Positions 17,888-25,429 of a stretch of 26,661 nt of DNA are shown here, in pieces. The notes below the pieces were generated by a model that saw only the letters and a list, made by a program, of their open reading frames with translations, did not search any database and was not told the origin of the DNA. A program made the translations under genes and the position numbers. Source of the stretch: a virus (lineage: Duplodnaviria > Caudoviricetes); the IMG/VR virus record IMGVR_UViG_3300020045_004506, positions 1 through 26,661 of that record. One strand, written 5' to 3'. How positions within the stretch are numbered: position 1 is the first letter of the stretch; each line of letters starts with the position of its first letter.

Positions 17888-18110
17888 TGCTTACATCCCC
17901 CCCGGCTTCTTGTGTATTATGCCGAATAGCTTCTCTTCGTTCTTGTTCAATAGTGCGTTGGCCAGCCAGGACTTCAGTTTGTCCTTCAATTTTGTTAAGT
18001 TCACGTTTCGTGTCATTGTTTTCAAGAAGAGCCCCTGATGATTTAGCTTTTGTACGATAGAAAAATAGCCCGCCACCTAAAAGCGCTATAAGGCCTAGTA
18101 AATATTCCAT
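17835..18110 (-). CDS. N-terminally anchored coiled-coil protein (i-spanin-like, tentative)
   Basis: Transmembrane helix YLLGLIALLGGGLFFY followed by a charged helix. Confidence 0.55.
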   Translation of the reverse strand: MEYLLGLIALLGGGLFFYRTKAKSSGALLENNDTKRELNKIEGQTEVLAGQRTIEQERREAIRHNTQEAGGDVSNDELIKFIDALGTKRKP

Positions 18111-18673
18111 TAAAAGTTCTCCATATTTTCATAAATTTTTACAATTTGTTCCTTAAAAAATTCCACAGTGAATGCCATTTTCATACGATTGCAGGGAGCG
18201 CAGCACGAAACTGAGTTCTCAACTGTATAACCCTTCGTGTTGTCTTTTCTATCAATTCCGCTATATGTCATTCTTGTTGTTTTTCTTTTATCTTGTTTTT
18301 TATTGCCCGGGGGGTCTTTGCAAAAGTGACAATTTCCAAAAATAAGAGGCGTAAATTGTTCTTTGGTTAACTCGAACCCGTATTTTCTCTTTTGTGCATT
18401 TAGTCTGTAGTATTTGTAAACCTCATTAAACGCCGGGCTATATTCATCTCCGCTCTTTTTGTGCGCACATCCACAAGACTTGGTTGCATATCTAGTAGTT
18501 GGTCGAACTAAGTTTTTATGTCTAAGAATAACTTCTTTTCCGCAATCACAGACACATTTATAACCTAATTTTCTTTTATAAGTAGTGTTATCATAATAAT
18601 TTTCTAAAATTTCAACAATAGTTAGCTTATTGAACTTAGACCCTATTAACAACGGAGTGTTTCTTTTATTCAT
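18110..18673 (-). CDS. HNH/His-Me finger homing endonuclease
   Basis: GSKFNKLTIV...CVCDCG...KSCGC N-terminus; CHFC; GIDRKDNTKGYTVENSVSCCAPCNRMK. AT-rich. Confidence 0.85.
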   Translation of the reverse strand: MNKRNTPLLIGSKFNKLTIVEILENYYDNTTYKRKLGYKCVCDCGKEVILRHKNLVRPTTRYATKSCGCAHKKSGDEYSPAFNEVYKYYRLNAQKRKYGFELTKEQFTPLIFGNCHFCKDPPGNKKQDKRKTTRMTYSGIDRKDNTKGYTVENSVSCCAPCNRMKMAFTVEFFKEQIVKIYENMENF

Positions 18674-18676
18674 ATT

Positions 18677-19402
18677 TTAATAATCTTTTATAAATTCTTT
18701 TAGTGCTGACAATGGGACGATGATCCCCCAATTTCCACCAGAAGGACCATGGCCAGCAAAAAGAACGCCAACAACGTTCCCGTAGAAATCAACGACCGGG
18801 CTGCCGGAATTACCGCCAAGTACGACAACAGTTGTAAGACCCGCGTTAAATTGTTCTACACAAAGAGGTCCCCAATCGTCTTCGATTGTTTTGTACATCT
18901 CGCCTTCTTCTTTGCAAACTCCTTCATTTATTAAGATAGCAACTTCTTTGTACCCTAGAAGGTGTCCTCGGCTTACGGCCAGCGGCATAAGGGCCGGGTG
19001 TCCTACAACGCCCATCTCTTGACCAACGGTAAGGCTATCAGCTACTTCTAATCCTGTCATTTTAGGAATACCATTGAGGAGGCATAGGTCTGCTTTTTTT
19101 GACTTCTCTAGAATAGTCATGGGATGAATTCGACGACCTTGACGAGCGTAGATTTGTCCAAGAGACTCAAGTTCGCAAACATGTGCGTTTGTCATAGTCA
19201 AAACTTCGCCAGACGGCATTTGAAGCTGGAACCCGGTTCCGCCCCGTTCTCCGCTCTTGTCGGTTAGCATTACAACTTGGCTTCCAACCTTACGTCGGAT
19301 ATATTCTCCGTGCCATTCAGGAGCCTTGAGAATACCGTAGCTAGCTGTACCCAATAGAGATAGCGCTAGAACCGGTTTAACAATTAATTTAATTAGATTC
19401 AT
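18677..19402 (-). CDS. Trypsin-like (HtrA-type, no PDZ) serine protease with N-terminal signal/anchor
   Basis: Catalytic triad TNAHVC / ADLCLL / GGNSGSPV, GTGF motif, hydrophobic N-terminus. Confidence 0.9.
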   Translation of the reverse strand: MNLIKLIVKPVLALSLLGTASYGILKAPEWHGEYIRRKVGSQVVMLTDKSGERGGTGFQLQMPSGEVLTMTNAHVCELESLGQIYARQGRRIHPMTILEKSKKADLCLLNGIPKMTGLEVADSLTVGQEMGVVGHPALMPLAVSRGHLLGYKEVAILINEGVCKEEGEMYKTIEDDWGPLCVEQFNAGLTTVVVLGGNSGSPVVDFYGNVVGVLFAGHGPSGGNWGIIVPLSALKEFIKDY

Positions 19403-19707
19403 TCTTTTTTATCCTCTTCTTTTTCATTTGATTCCACTGTGACGGATTTTCCATCCGATAGAATTTTTCTTCCATGGTACATACCGCCTGCTGCTAAAAA
19501 TGCATAAACTGCGTCCATTGTATCAACTGTTCCCAGAAGGCCAGATAGCTTACCGACTAAGCTAGCAACCATTAGCCAGCCTGTGATGTAATAGAACATA
19601 TAACTGAGGCTCGGGCCATTTTTATCTGGATCGCGCAGAACGGGTAAAGGAATTCCCTTTTCGTTCATGTCAAAAATGATTTGCTTAATTTTGTCTATAG
19701 GCTTCAT
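19399..19707 (-). CDS. Small two-TM membrane protein (holin-like)
   Basis: Two hydrophobic helices and a highly charged C-terminal tail (ESNEKEEDKKE). Confidence 0.55.
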   Translation of the reverse strand: MKPIDKIKQIIFDMNEKGIPLPVLRDPDKNGPSLSYMFYYITGWLMVASLVGKLSGLLGTVDTMDAVYAFLAAGGMYHGRKILSDGKSVTVESNEKEEDKKE

Positions 19708-19713
19708 ATTGTT

Positions 19714-19742
19714 ATCCTACACTATTCTTTAGGAACTGTCAA
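19714..19742 (-). promoter_or_regulatory. Sigma70-type promoter, probably giving a leaderless transcript
   Basis: Minus strand TTGACA (19742-19737), 17-nt spacer, TAGGAT (19719-19714); ATG 19707 begins after a 6-nt gap. Confidence 0.65.
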
Positions 19743-20087
19743 CTTTTTAGACGTTTTTGGCTTTGGGATACGGTATTTCTTACGAAGCTCGCGTTCTATT
19801 GCCGTTTTGCTTGAATGACAGGTTTCGCAAATTACTTGGTATCCGGACGCTTCACAGAATAATCTGTTAATAAAGTCATCCCAGGTAGTAAACCCCGTTA
19901 CAGGAACAACAGGCTGAATATGGTCCAGCTTGATTTCTTTCTTAGGAAAGATACCGGTACACATCTCACACTTGTAAAGTCCTCGCTCTACTCTAGCAGC
20001 CTTGAAAGCCTCCGTCCTTGGAGGCCATCTGTAGCTTGCTCTACGTAATGTAGAAATTAGCCAGGATTTGAAGTTAAATGTTGCCAT
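19722..20087 (-). CDS. HNH endonuclease with CxxC zinc ligands
   Basis: YKCEMC...KLDHIQPV...QVICETCHSSKT. Confidence 0.85.
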   Translation of the reverse strand: MATFNFKSWLISTLRRASYRWPPRTEAFKAARVERGLYKCEMCTGIFPKKEIKLDHIQPVVPVTGFTTWDDFINRLFCEASGYQVICETCHSSKTAIERELRKKYRIPKPKTSKKLTVPKE

Positions 20088-20277
20088 TATTTAATAATTG
20101 ACTTGGTTTTTCACGTTTAAAAATAGCAGTAAGTTCGCCTAATAAGCTTTTATCTAGAATTTCAACTAGTTCCCAACCCTCTTCGCCAATTGCATTAAGA
20201 CTTTTAGTAAAAGATGTTCCGCTGGCCGACCCCGGGATTGCGGATTTAATCGCAATAATCGTATATTCGAACTTCAT
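20074..20277 (-). CDS. DUF4177-like protein
   Basis: KFEYTII...LNAIGEEGWELV...IFKR signature. Confidence 0.8.
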   Translation of the reverse strand: MKFEYTIIAIKSAIPGSASGTSFTKSLNAIGEEGWELVEILDKSLLGELTAIFKREKPSQLLNNGNI

Positions 20278-20588
20278 TTTTCTTCCTTCGTTATTGCTGC
20301 TTTTGTACGAAACTCACAAGACGTACAACGCTTTAATGTTCTATTCATAAACGTAAAATCAACCATTCGACCTTGGTCACATTTCGGACATCTAAGAGCT
20401 TTAGCTTGCTCTTCTTTTTGTACTTGCTTATCGTCTTCATGCCGTTCTGAATCGGTTAATTCTTCTATAGCCTTGAAGTTTCGATCTAGCTTTTTCAGAC
20501 GCCTCATGAGTTGTCGGTTTAATGCTTTCGCTGCTTTAACTTCTTTTTCGAGAGACTCGATATAGTCATCTCGGTTCTTCTTCGCCAA
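20274..20588 (-). CDS. Coiled-coil plus C4 zinc-ribbon protein
   Basis: CPKC...CTSC; N-terminal heptads; TTG start. Confidence 0.7.
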   Translation of the reverse strand: MAKKNRDDYIESLEKEVKAAKALNRQLMRRLKKLDRNFKAIEELTDSERHEDDKQVQKEEQAKALRCPKCDQGRMVDFTFMNRTLKRCTSCEFRTKAAITKEEK

Positions 20589-20603
20589 CTGGAACCAACT
20601 TTC

Positions 20604-21026
20604 TTAGGAATTCGTAGACCCAAAGCCCCCCGAACCCCTTTTAGTGTCGTTTAATTCATCTACTACTTGAATGTTAATTGCCGGAATAGGCATAATAACT
20701 AACTGTACAATTCTGTCACCAATATTGTAGTTCGCCTTGGGTCGTCCGGGGTAAAACATGGCCTTAACCTCACCTCGATAGTCAGAGTCGATAACTCCAA
20801 CTGAATTAGCCAAGGATAGCCCAGACTTAAAAATTGATGAGCGGGGAAACAAAAGTCCCACATGGCCTCGGGGGATCTGAATAGCTAAGCCTGTGCCAAA
20901 TACAAGAACTTCGTTTGTATCATTCCATTCTTTACTGATCGCAGTGAGATCGAATCCAGCAGCCCCTGCTGTCATTTGTTCTGGAATCCTAGCGTCTGGA
21001 TGTAACTTTTTAATCTTTAAATTCAT
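20604..21026 (-). CDS. dut: Trimeric dUTPase
   Basis: Motifs AAGFDL, PRSS, GVIDSDYRGE, RIVQ, RGSGGFGST; GGAGG SD. Confidence 0.97.
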   Translation of the reverse strand: MNLKIKKLHPDARIPEQMTAGAAGFDLTAISKEWNDTNEVLVFGTGLAIQIPRGHVGLLFPRSSIFKSGLSLANSVGVIDSDYRGEVKAMFYPGRPKANYNIGDRIVQLVIMPIPAINIQVVDELNDTKRGSGGFGSTNS

Positions 21027-21326
21027 TTAGCCTCCGTACTCTGATTCTCCGAAATGTCTATGTTCCGCTTCGAGTTCAGCTAAAACTTTATATTCTTCTT
21101 CAATTTGCATTGGCGGCACTTTACTCAAATTAGCAATTTCACGTTCTAAATACCAGCGAGCCTTTTTAAGATCCTCAAGATGCTTGTCTGGATCTTTTTT
21201 ACCGGCTCTTGAAATATATTTAACGGTGTTGCCTAGATTGAACCCTAAGTCCCAATCTTCAATAACGTCAATTGCTTCAAACTTCCCGCTATTATAATGA
21301 GAGGGGTGACTCACTGAATCGGACAT
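21027..21326 (-). CDS. DUF3310 protein (T7 gp1.7 nucleotide-kinase-like family)
   Basis: VSHPSHY...EAIDVIE...FNLGNTVKYISRAGKK...EDLKKARWYL. Start set to ATG 21326, 1 nt after the upstream stop. Confidence 0.9.
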   Translation of the reverse strand: MSDSVSHPSHYNSGKFEAIDVIEDWDLGFNLGNTVKYISRAGKKDPDKHLEDLKKARWYLEREIANLSKVPPMQIEEEYKVLAELEAEHRHFGESEYGG

Positions 21327-21327
21327 A

Positions 21328-21501
21328 TTACACCGTTTCGGGCGTAGCACTCGCACCGTTTAAAGGCTTAGCGCTATTTACGATAGACGTAATGAGTCCC
21401 GCTGTCTTGTTATAGGGCTGCTCTGCTAAGAAATTTAGCGCTGCCTGTAAAACATCTGCGGGGATTGTGAGTAGCTGTTGTGTTTGTTGTTGATTTTCCA
21501 T
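21328..21501 (-). CDS. 57-aa hypothetical protein missed by the ORF track
   Basis: MENQQQTQQLLTIPADVLQAALNFLAEQPYNKTAGLITSIV...; AGGAG SD, directly behind a consensus promoter. Confidence 0.8.
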   Translation of the reverse strand: MENQQQTQQLLTIPADVLQAALNFLAEQPYNKTAGLITSIVNSAKPLNGASATPETV

Positions 21502-21523
21502 TATAATTCTCCTATGTGACTAA

Positions 21524-21552
21524 AGTATATACACTAATTGGTTATTTGTCAA
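21524..21552 (-). promoter_or_regulatory. Near-consensus sigma70 promoter
   Basis: Minus strand TTGACA (21552-21547), 17-nt spacer, TATACT (21529-21524), in an intergenic gap. Confidence 0.85.
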
Positions 21553-21565
21553 GTACGGTAACAAT

Positions 21566-21787
21566 TTACCTGCTCTTTTTAACAATATCAATGAGATGAG
21601 CGTCTAACTTTTCACAATAAAAAGAATACGTTTCACCTTCGGGGAGATCATCTAGCAAATACTTAATGCTTCGATGTTCCAGGGTTATAAGAATCTTTGT
21701 AAGCATTCCGGCTGGATATGGAGCAATTCTGAGTTCGTCCAAGAGATCCATCATGGCTTTAAGCTTATTATCATTTTCGTAGTTCAT
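21566..21787 (-). CDS. Hypothetical protein
   Basis: ATGA overlap with the upstream gene. Confidence 0.7.
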   Translation of the reverse strand: MNYENDNKLKAMMDLLDELRIAPYPAGMLTKILITLEHRSIKYLLDDLPEGETYSFYCEKLDAHLIDIVKKSR

Positions 21788-22143
21788 TTTGGAGCCTTTA
21801 GAATAACTTCGTAGATAGGCTTTCCTGCCAATAGCATATTATCTCTCATATTCTTTGAACCACGAGATTCTTCGTCCCAAATAAGCAATAAGGCGTCCCC
21901 GTACTCGGCCATTTTCTTATTACGAATAGGGCCAGCGGACTTACCGTGACTGTCCCAGTCTGCTTTGAATAATTTAAAGGGTACGTGCATATGACCGGCG
22001 AAGTGTACTGCTTCGGAATCAACCCCTTCTGCGCCTCCTGATACAATCTCTGTAATGTCGTGAACGCCTAACATTTTTACGGCATCCCAAATAAACGAAA
22101 AGCTTGGTTTAAGAGTTCTACTTCCGGCAATTACGAGTTTCAT
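21784..22143 (-). CDS. SLOG-superfamily protein (DUF2493 / YspA-like)
   Basis: MKLVIAGSR, IVSGGAEGVD, ADWDSHGKSAGPIRNKKMA, WDEESRGS. Confidence 0.88.
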   Translation of the reverse strand: MKLVIAGSRTLKPSFSFIWDAVKMLGVHDITEIVSGGAEGVDSEAVHFAGHMHVPFKLFKADWDSHGKSAGPIRNKKMAEYGDALLLIWDEESRGSKNMRDNMLLAGKPIYEVILKAPK

Positions 22144-22146
22144 ATA

Positions 22147-23454
22147 TTATGCTTTCCACTTTTTACCGATAAAGTTAATAAGCTGGCGATCTCCATTTGC
22201 ATAGACTATACAAAGAGTTTGCATCCAGGAACTAGGACCTTTGTTATAATTTAATCGAAGGTGTGTACTAGTTCCTACCACTGTTATATTGCGTAAAATT
22301 TCAGGACTATGACTGTGGCCGCTTACAGAAGATAGGAATGATTTCTCAAGAGCAGCGGAAGATCCCCGGGCTCCATTAGGACCTAAATGTCCGTGCATTC
22401 CACACTCAATTCGCTTGGGAGTAATCTTAAATGAGCTATCTGATTTTAAGAATTTTGTACGCTTTAGCTTTTGATACTTCTTAATGCCATATTCCACCGG
22501 ATCGTGTCCTTGTGCTTTAGCCAATGCTAACTCTAATCCTGTAATATGATTCTGTGTATCATATAGATATTTACCTTCGTTTAGCCACTTATCAAGGAAT
22601 TCATCGTGATTACTTTTAACTACAATAACTTGCTTTTTAACATGTTTTTCTAAAACAGCAAGCTCTATTGCGTTTAATTGAAGTTCTGCTGCAACGTTGT
22701 TTTGAGCACCAAGCATTGCTTTTAGTAATAGATTATGTGAAATATGATGGTTTACTGAGATGCCATCAAATAAATCATGCATAATAAGATAGTTCGGTTT
22801 AAACTGTTCAAGCATTTCTAGAACGCTCTTGCGAACGTTGGGGTCTGTGTATCCGGTATGCCAGTCTCCAGGAATAAGAGCCTCAACTGCCATTTCTGAC
22901 GTTTTCCCATCCGGGCTATACTTTATACCTAAGTCAACAAAACTTCCGTCCTTGGAAGCTTGGACCTGTCTAAAATGGTATATACTAGGACTTTCAATTT
23001 CAACAACAATAGCGCCGACTACGTGATCCTGTGTCGCGATCATTGTGCGTTTATTGTTACGTTTGTACGGTAGCGTACAAGCGCCCGGAGTCATTAAAAC
23101 CCGAGGAAAATCATTACTAGGCGAAGCTACGGATTTGAGTCTTTGCTTGGGGGAGCCATAAATAACGCTTTTTTCGTTATGAGAAAGGCGATCAAGTCCT
23201 GTAATTGGGTCTGTTTGCTCTGGGTTAATAGGCATCGTAGAAATTATGATATTGTTGTTAAGATTAAGATTCTTTTCAAGAAATTTTCCTGCACCAATAA
23301 GTCCCGGGCTAAACTCATCTTTTTTGTACAGTTTAGGAGTTGCAATAATAAGATGCTCAGCTTTCATCCGTTTGTTATAGTTCTTAATGGTTGAAATAAA
23401 TCCTTCGTGCGGCTCGCAGCCTGGGACTGCCGAGGTAATAATATAACGTTTCAT
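22147..23454 (-). CDS. Calcineurin-like metallophosphoesterase with a large N-terminal extension
   Basis: GDWH, HDLFDG, SNHD, MHGH and GHSH motifs in canonical order. Confidence 0.85.
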   Translation of the reverse strand: MKRYIITSAVPGCEPHEGFISTIKNYNKRMKAEHLIIATPKLYKKDEFSPGLIGAGKFLEKNLNLNNNIIISTMPINPEQTDPITGLDRLSHNEKSVIYGSPKQRLKSVASPSNDFPRVLMTPGACTLPYKRNNKRTMIATQDHVVGAIVVEIESPSIYHFRQVQASKDGSFVDLGIKYSPDGKTSEMAVEALIPGDWHTGYTDPNVRKSVLEMLEQFKPNYLIMHDLFDGISVNHHISHNLLLKAMLGAQNNVAAELQLNAIELAVLEKHVKKQVIVVKSNHDEFLDKWLNEGKYLYDTQNHITGLELALAKAQGHDPVEYGIKKYQKLKRTKFLKSDSSFKITPKRIECGMHGHLGPNGARGSSAALEKSFLSSVSGHSHSPEILRNITVVGTSTHLRLNYNKGPSSWMQTLCIVYANGDRQLINFIGKKWKA

Positions 23455-23882
23455 TTAAGCCTCTTTCTTGTTACAGAAGATCTTCGACTATTTTCAGACA
23501 TCGTAACCCACTCCATGTTTTCGATAATATAACCTAGGTCCGGATTAATACGATCAACGGATGGCGCTAATTTTCGATCATGACCATTTGCCACATAATT
23601 ATTGAATAACTGCACATATTGAGGATGAAATTCGGCCCAGCTATAAAATTCTTGTTTTGGTAGAAGATATTTACCTTCATACAAGTGAAATTTTTTCTTT
23701 TGTACACCTTTAATTCGAGATTTCATATTTCTATAAAGCCTCATTAAAAATCCCTTAGGTGTCTTCTCATATTCTTTGTCTGCAAGCGGGTTTAGTTTCC
23801 TGCGAAGCTTATGTGCATGAGGTCCACATAATCCATGAGCATGAACCTTTTTATCACAGCTAGAAAGAGAACAAATTTTCAT
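23451..23882 (-). CDS. HNH/His-Me finger homing endonuclease
   Basis: N-terminal C..C...GLC..H zinc motif; PSVDRINPDLGYIIENMEWVTMSENS. Confidence 0.75.
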   Translation of the reverse strand: MKICSLSSCDKKVHAHGLCGPHAHKLRRKLNPLADKEYEKTPKGFLMRLYRNMKSRIKGVQKKKFHLYEGKYLLPKQEFYSWAEFHPQYVQLFNNYVANGHDRKLAPSVDRINPDLGYIIENMEWVTMSENSRRSSVTRKRLK

Positions 23883-24205
23883 TTCTTCTTCCTTTTCTTT
23901 GGAGTGAAAAGATTTGATTCCTTAAGAATCGGAATCAATGCTCTTTCGAGCTTTCTTACCTGTGTTTCTGTAAGACCTATTTGATGCGTATGGTCAACGG
24001 CATGAAAAACTTCATGAAGATACGTAAGAACTAGCTCGCGTTCGGTTTGACCGGTCTTTAATGCAATCTGCTTTGGATCAAAACGAGTTTCCCCTACATG
24101 GTCAGAATTTAGGAAAGAGTCTACGTATACAACCTCAAAACGGTCTTTCTTGCCTGTGTGTACAGACGGCGGTATACGAGTTGAAAGGTCTTTCCAATTA
24201 GCCAT
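23879..24205 (-). CDS. Minimal zincin-like metallopeptidase
   Basis: TYLHEVFHA (HExxH) with a downstream Glu in LTETQV. Confidence 0.75.
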   Translation of the reverse strand: MANWKDLSTRIPPSVHTGKKDRFEVVYVDSFLNSDHVGETRFDPKQIALKTGQTERELVLTYLHEVFHAVDHTHQIGLTETQVRKLERALIPILKESNLFTPKKRKKK

Positions 24206-24206
24206 A

Positions 24207-24443
24207 TTATGTATCCAAAAGATATAGATAACGTTTGGGAATATCTCGAAACGAGAGAATCTTCTTACCTCGCATAAGCGCTCTGGCTTTAGATAAGAAA
24301 AGATGTTGATAAACTGTTAGATATATATCATTAGGATTCATATAATCATCTTCAGCCTTGTTTAGAAGTTCATAGCTATTAGCGGTCTTTAGTTTTTTAT
24401 TCAAAAAGTGATCGCGAATTGTTATATTTAGAAACTTTGACAT
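24207..24443 (-). CDS. Hypothetical protein
   Basis: TAATG-coupled ORF filling the gap between neighbours. Confidence 0.6.
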   Translation of the reverse strand: MSKFLNITIRDHFLNKKLKTANSYELLNKAEDDYMNPNDIYLTVYQHLFLSKARALMRGKKILSFRDIPKRYLYLLDT

Positions 24444-25420
24444 TAATCTTCCGATCCAATTCCCATGGAGCGACCTTTTTCAAATCCTTTATTGTATTTT
24501 TGTACTTCTTCCATCATTTCTTTAATAACAGCATGAAGAGGCTTTTCATAAATACGATGACGGATAATGGCCTCCTTGATATGCGCTGGCGTAAAGCCTT
24601 CACACTTAGCATTCTTAATAGCGTCGATTGACTGGGTTGTTTCCCGTCCCTTACCGAAGAACCTTAATAGTGCAGCCCGTGCTTCTCCGTTAGGAGGAGC
24701 TACTTCGATTTTATCATCAAAGCGTTGCGGACGATTTGTAAGATTCCCCATGAAGTTGGCGGGGAAATTCGTAGTAGCTAGGATTAGCGTAGGAATGCTG
24801 AACGTCTTCTCTTGGTTATCTAGCAGACTCAACAAGCTCGCATCAGAGCGCATAGCTCCAGGAGCGTTCATTTCAGTACCACCAATGTCTTCTACTACAA
24901 GAATGAGCTTCTCAACACCTTGGTATGTGAAAGACTTGATAAAATCTTTAACTTGATAAGCTTCGAATTTGTCGGTAGTCCATACAATAACGGCAGTTTT
25001 ACCGTCTTTAACGTATTCATTAGCTACCTTGTTAATAATGGTTGTTTTACCGCCGCCAGCTTGGCCGTAGAGCAAAACACCGCGCTTGGCAACTTCAATT
25101 CCTTCTTCTGCGTAGACGTGAACGTTGCGGAAAAAGCAGTCTACTTTATCGGTGACTTCTTGCGTCTGTACAAGGGATTCCAGAATTTTATCGTTAACAA
25201 AGCTAGTTTCTTGAAGATTTAAGCCTGCCATATTTTTGATAATGGTCCAAAGACCGGGCTTAACGTAATAGGGTTCAATTTTCTTATCTTCTTCTTCAAT
25301 ATATTCTAGCTGTACAAATTGGCCGTCATCAGTAAGAGAACTGAAATCGCTCTCGTTAATACGAGTCCCAATGGGAGCCTCGTTTAAATTGAGTTTGGAT
25401 GAAATCTTGAAATATCCTAT
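24443..25420 (-). CDS. AAA+ ATPase, probably ~325 aa with a non-canonical ATA start
   Basis: RGVLLYGQAGGGKT Walker A, LVVEDIG Walker B, TTN sensor, NRPQRFD Arg finger. Frame open for 66 codons upstream of ATG 25231. Confidence 0.85.
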   Translation of the reverse strand: MGYFKISSKLNLNEAPIGTRINESDFSSLTDDGQFVQLEYIEEEDKKIEPYYVKPGLWTIIKNMAGLNLQETSFVNDKILESLVQTQEVTDKVDCFFRNVHVYAEEGIEVAKRGVLLYGQAGGGKTTIINKVANEYVKDGKTAVIVWTTDKFEAYQVKDFIKSFTYQGVEKLILVVEDIGGTEMNAPGAMRSDASLLSLLDNQEKTFSIPTLILATTNFPANFMGNLTNRPQRFDDKIEVAPPNGEARAALLRFFGKGRETTQSIDAIKNAKCEGFTPAHIKEAIIRHRIYEKPLHAVIKEMMEEVQKYNKGFEKGRSMGIGSED

Positions 25421-25429
25421 ATAGCTATC

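Noticed and set aside
18110-18673. Group I intron or intein hosting the endonucleases (also 23451-23882)
   Set aside because: The flanking genes are complete and directly coupled to the nuclease ORFs, leaving no room for intron RNA; they appear free-standing.
21327-21356. GTG-extended start for DUF3310
   Set aside because: It overlaps the 57-aa gene; ATG 21326 fits the family N-terminus.
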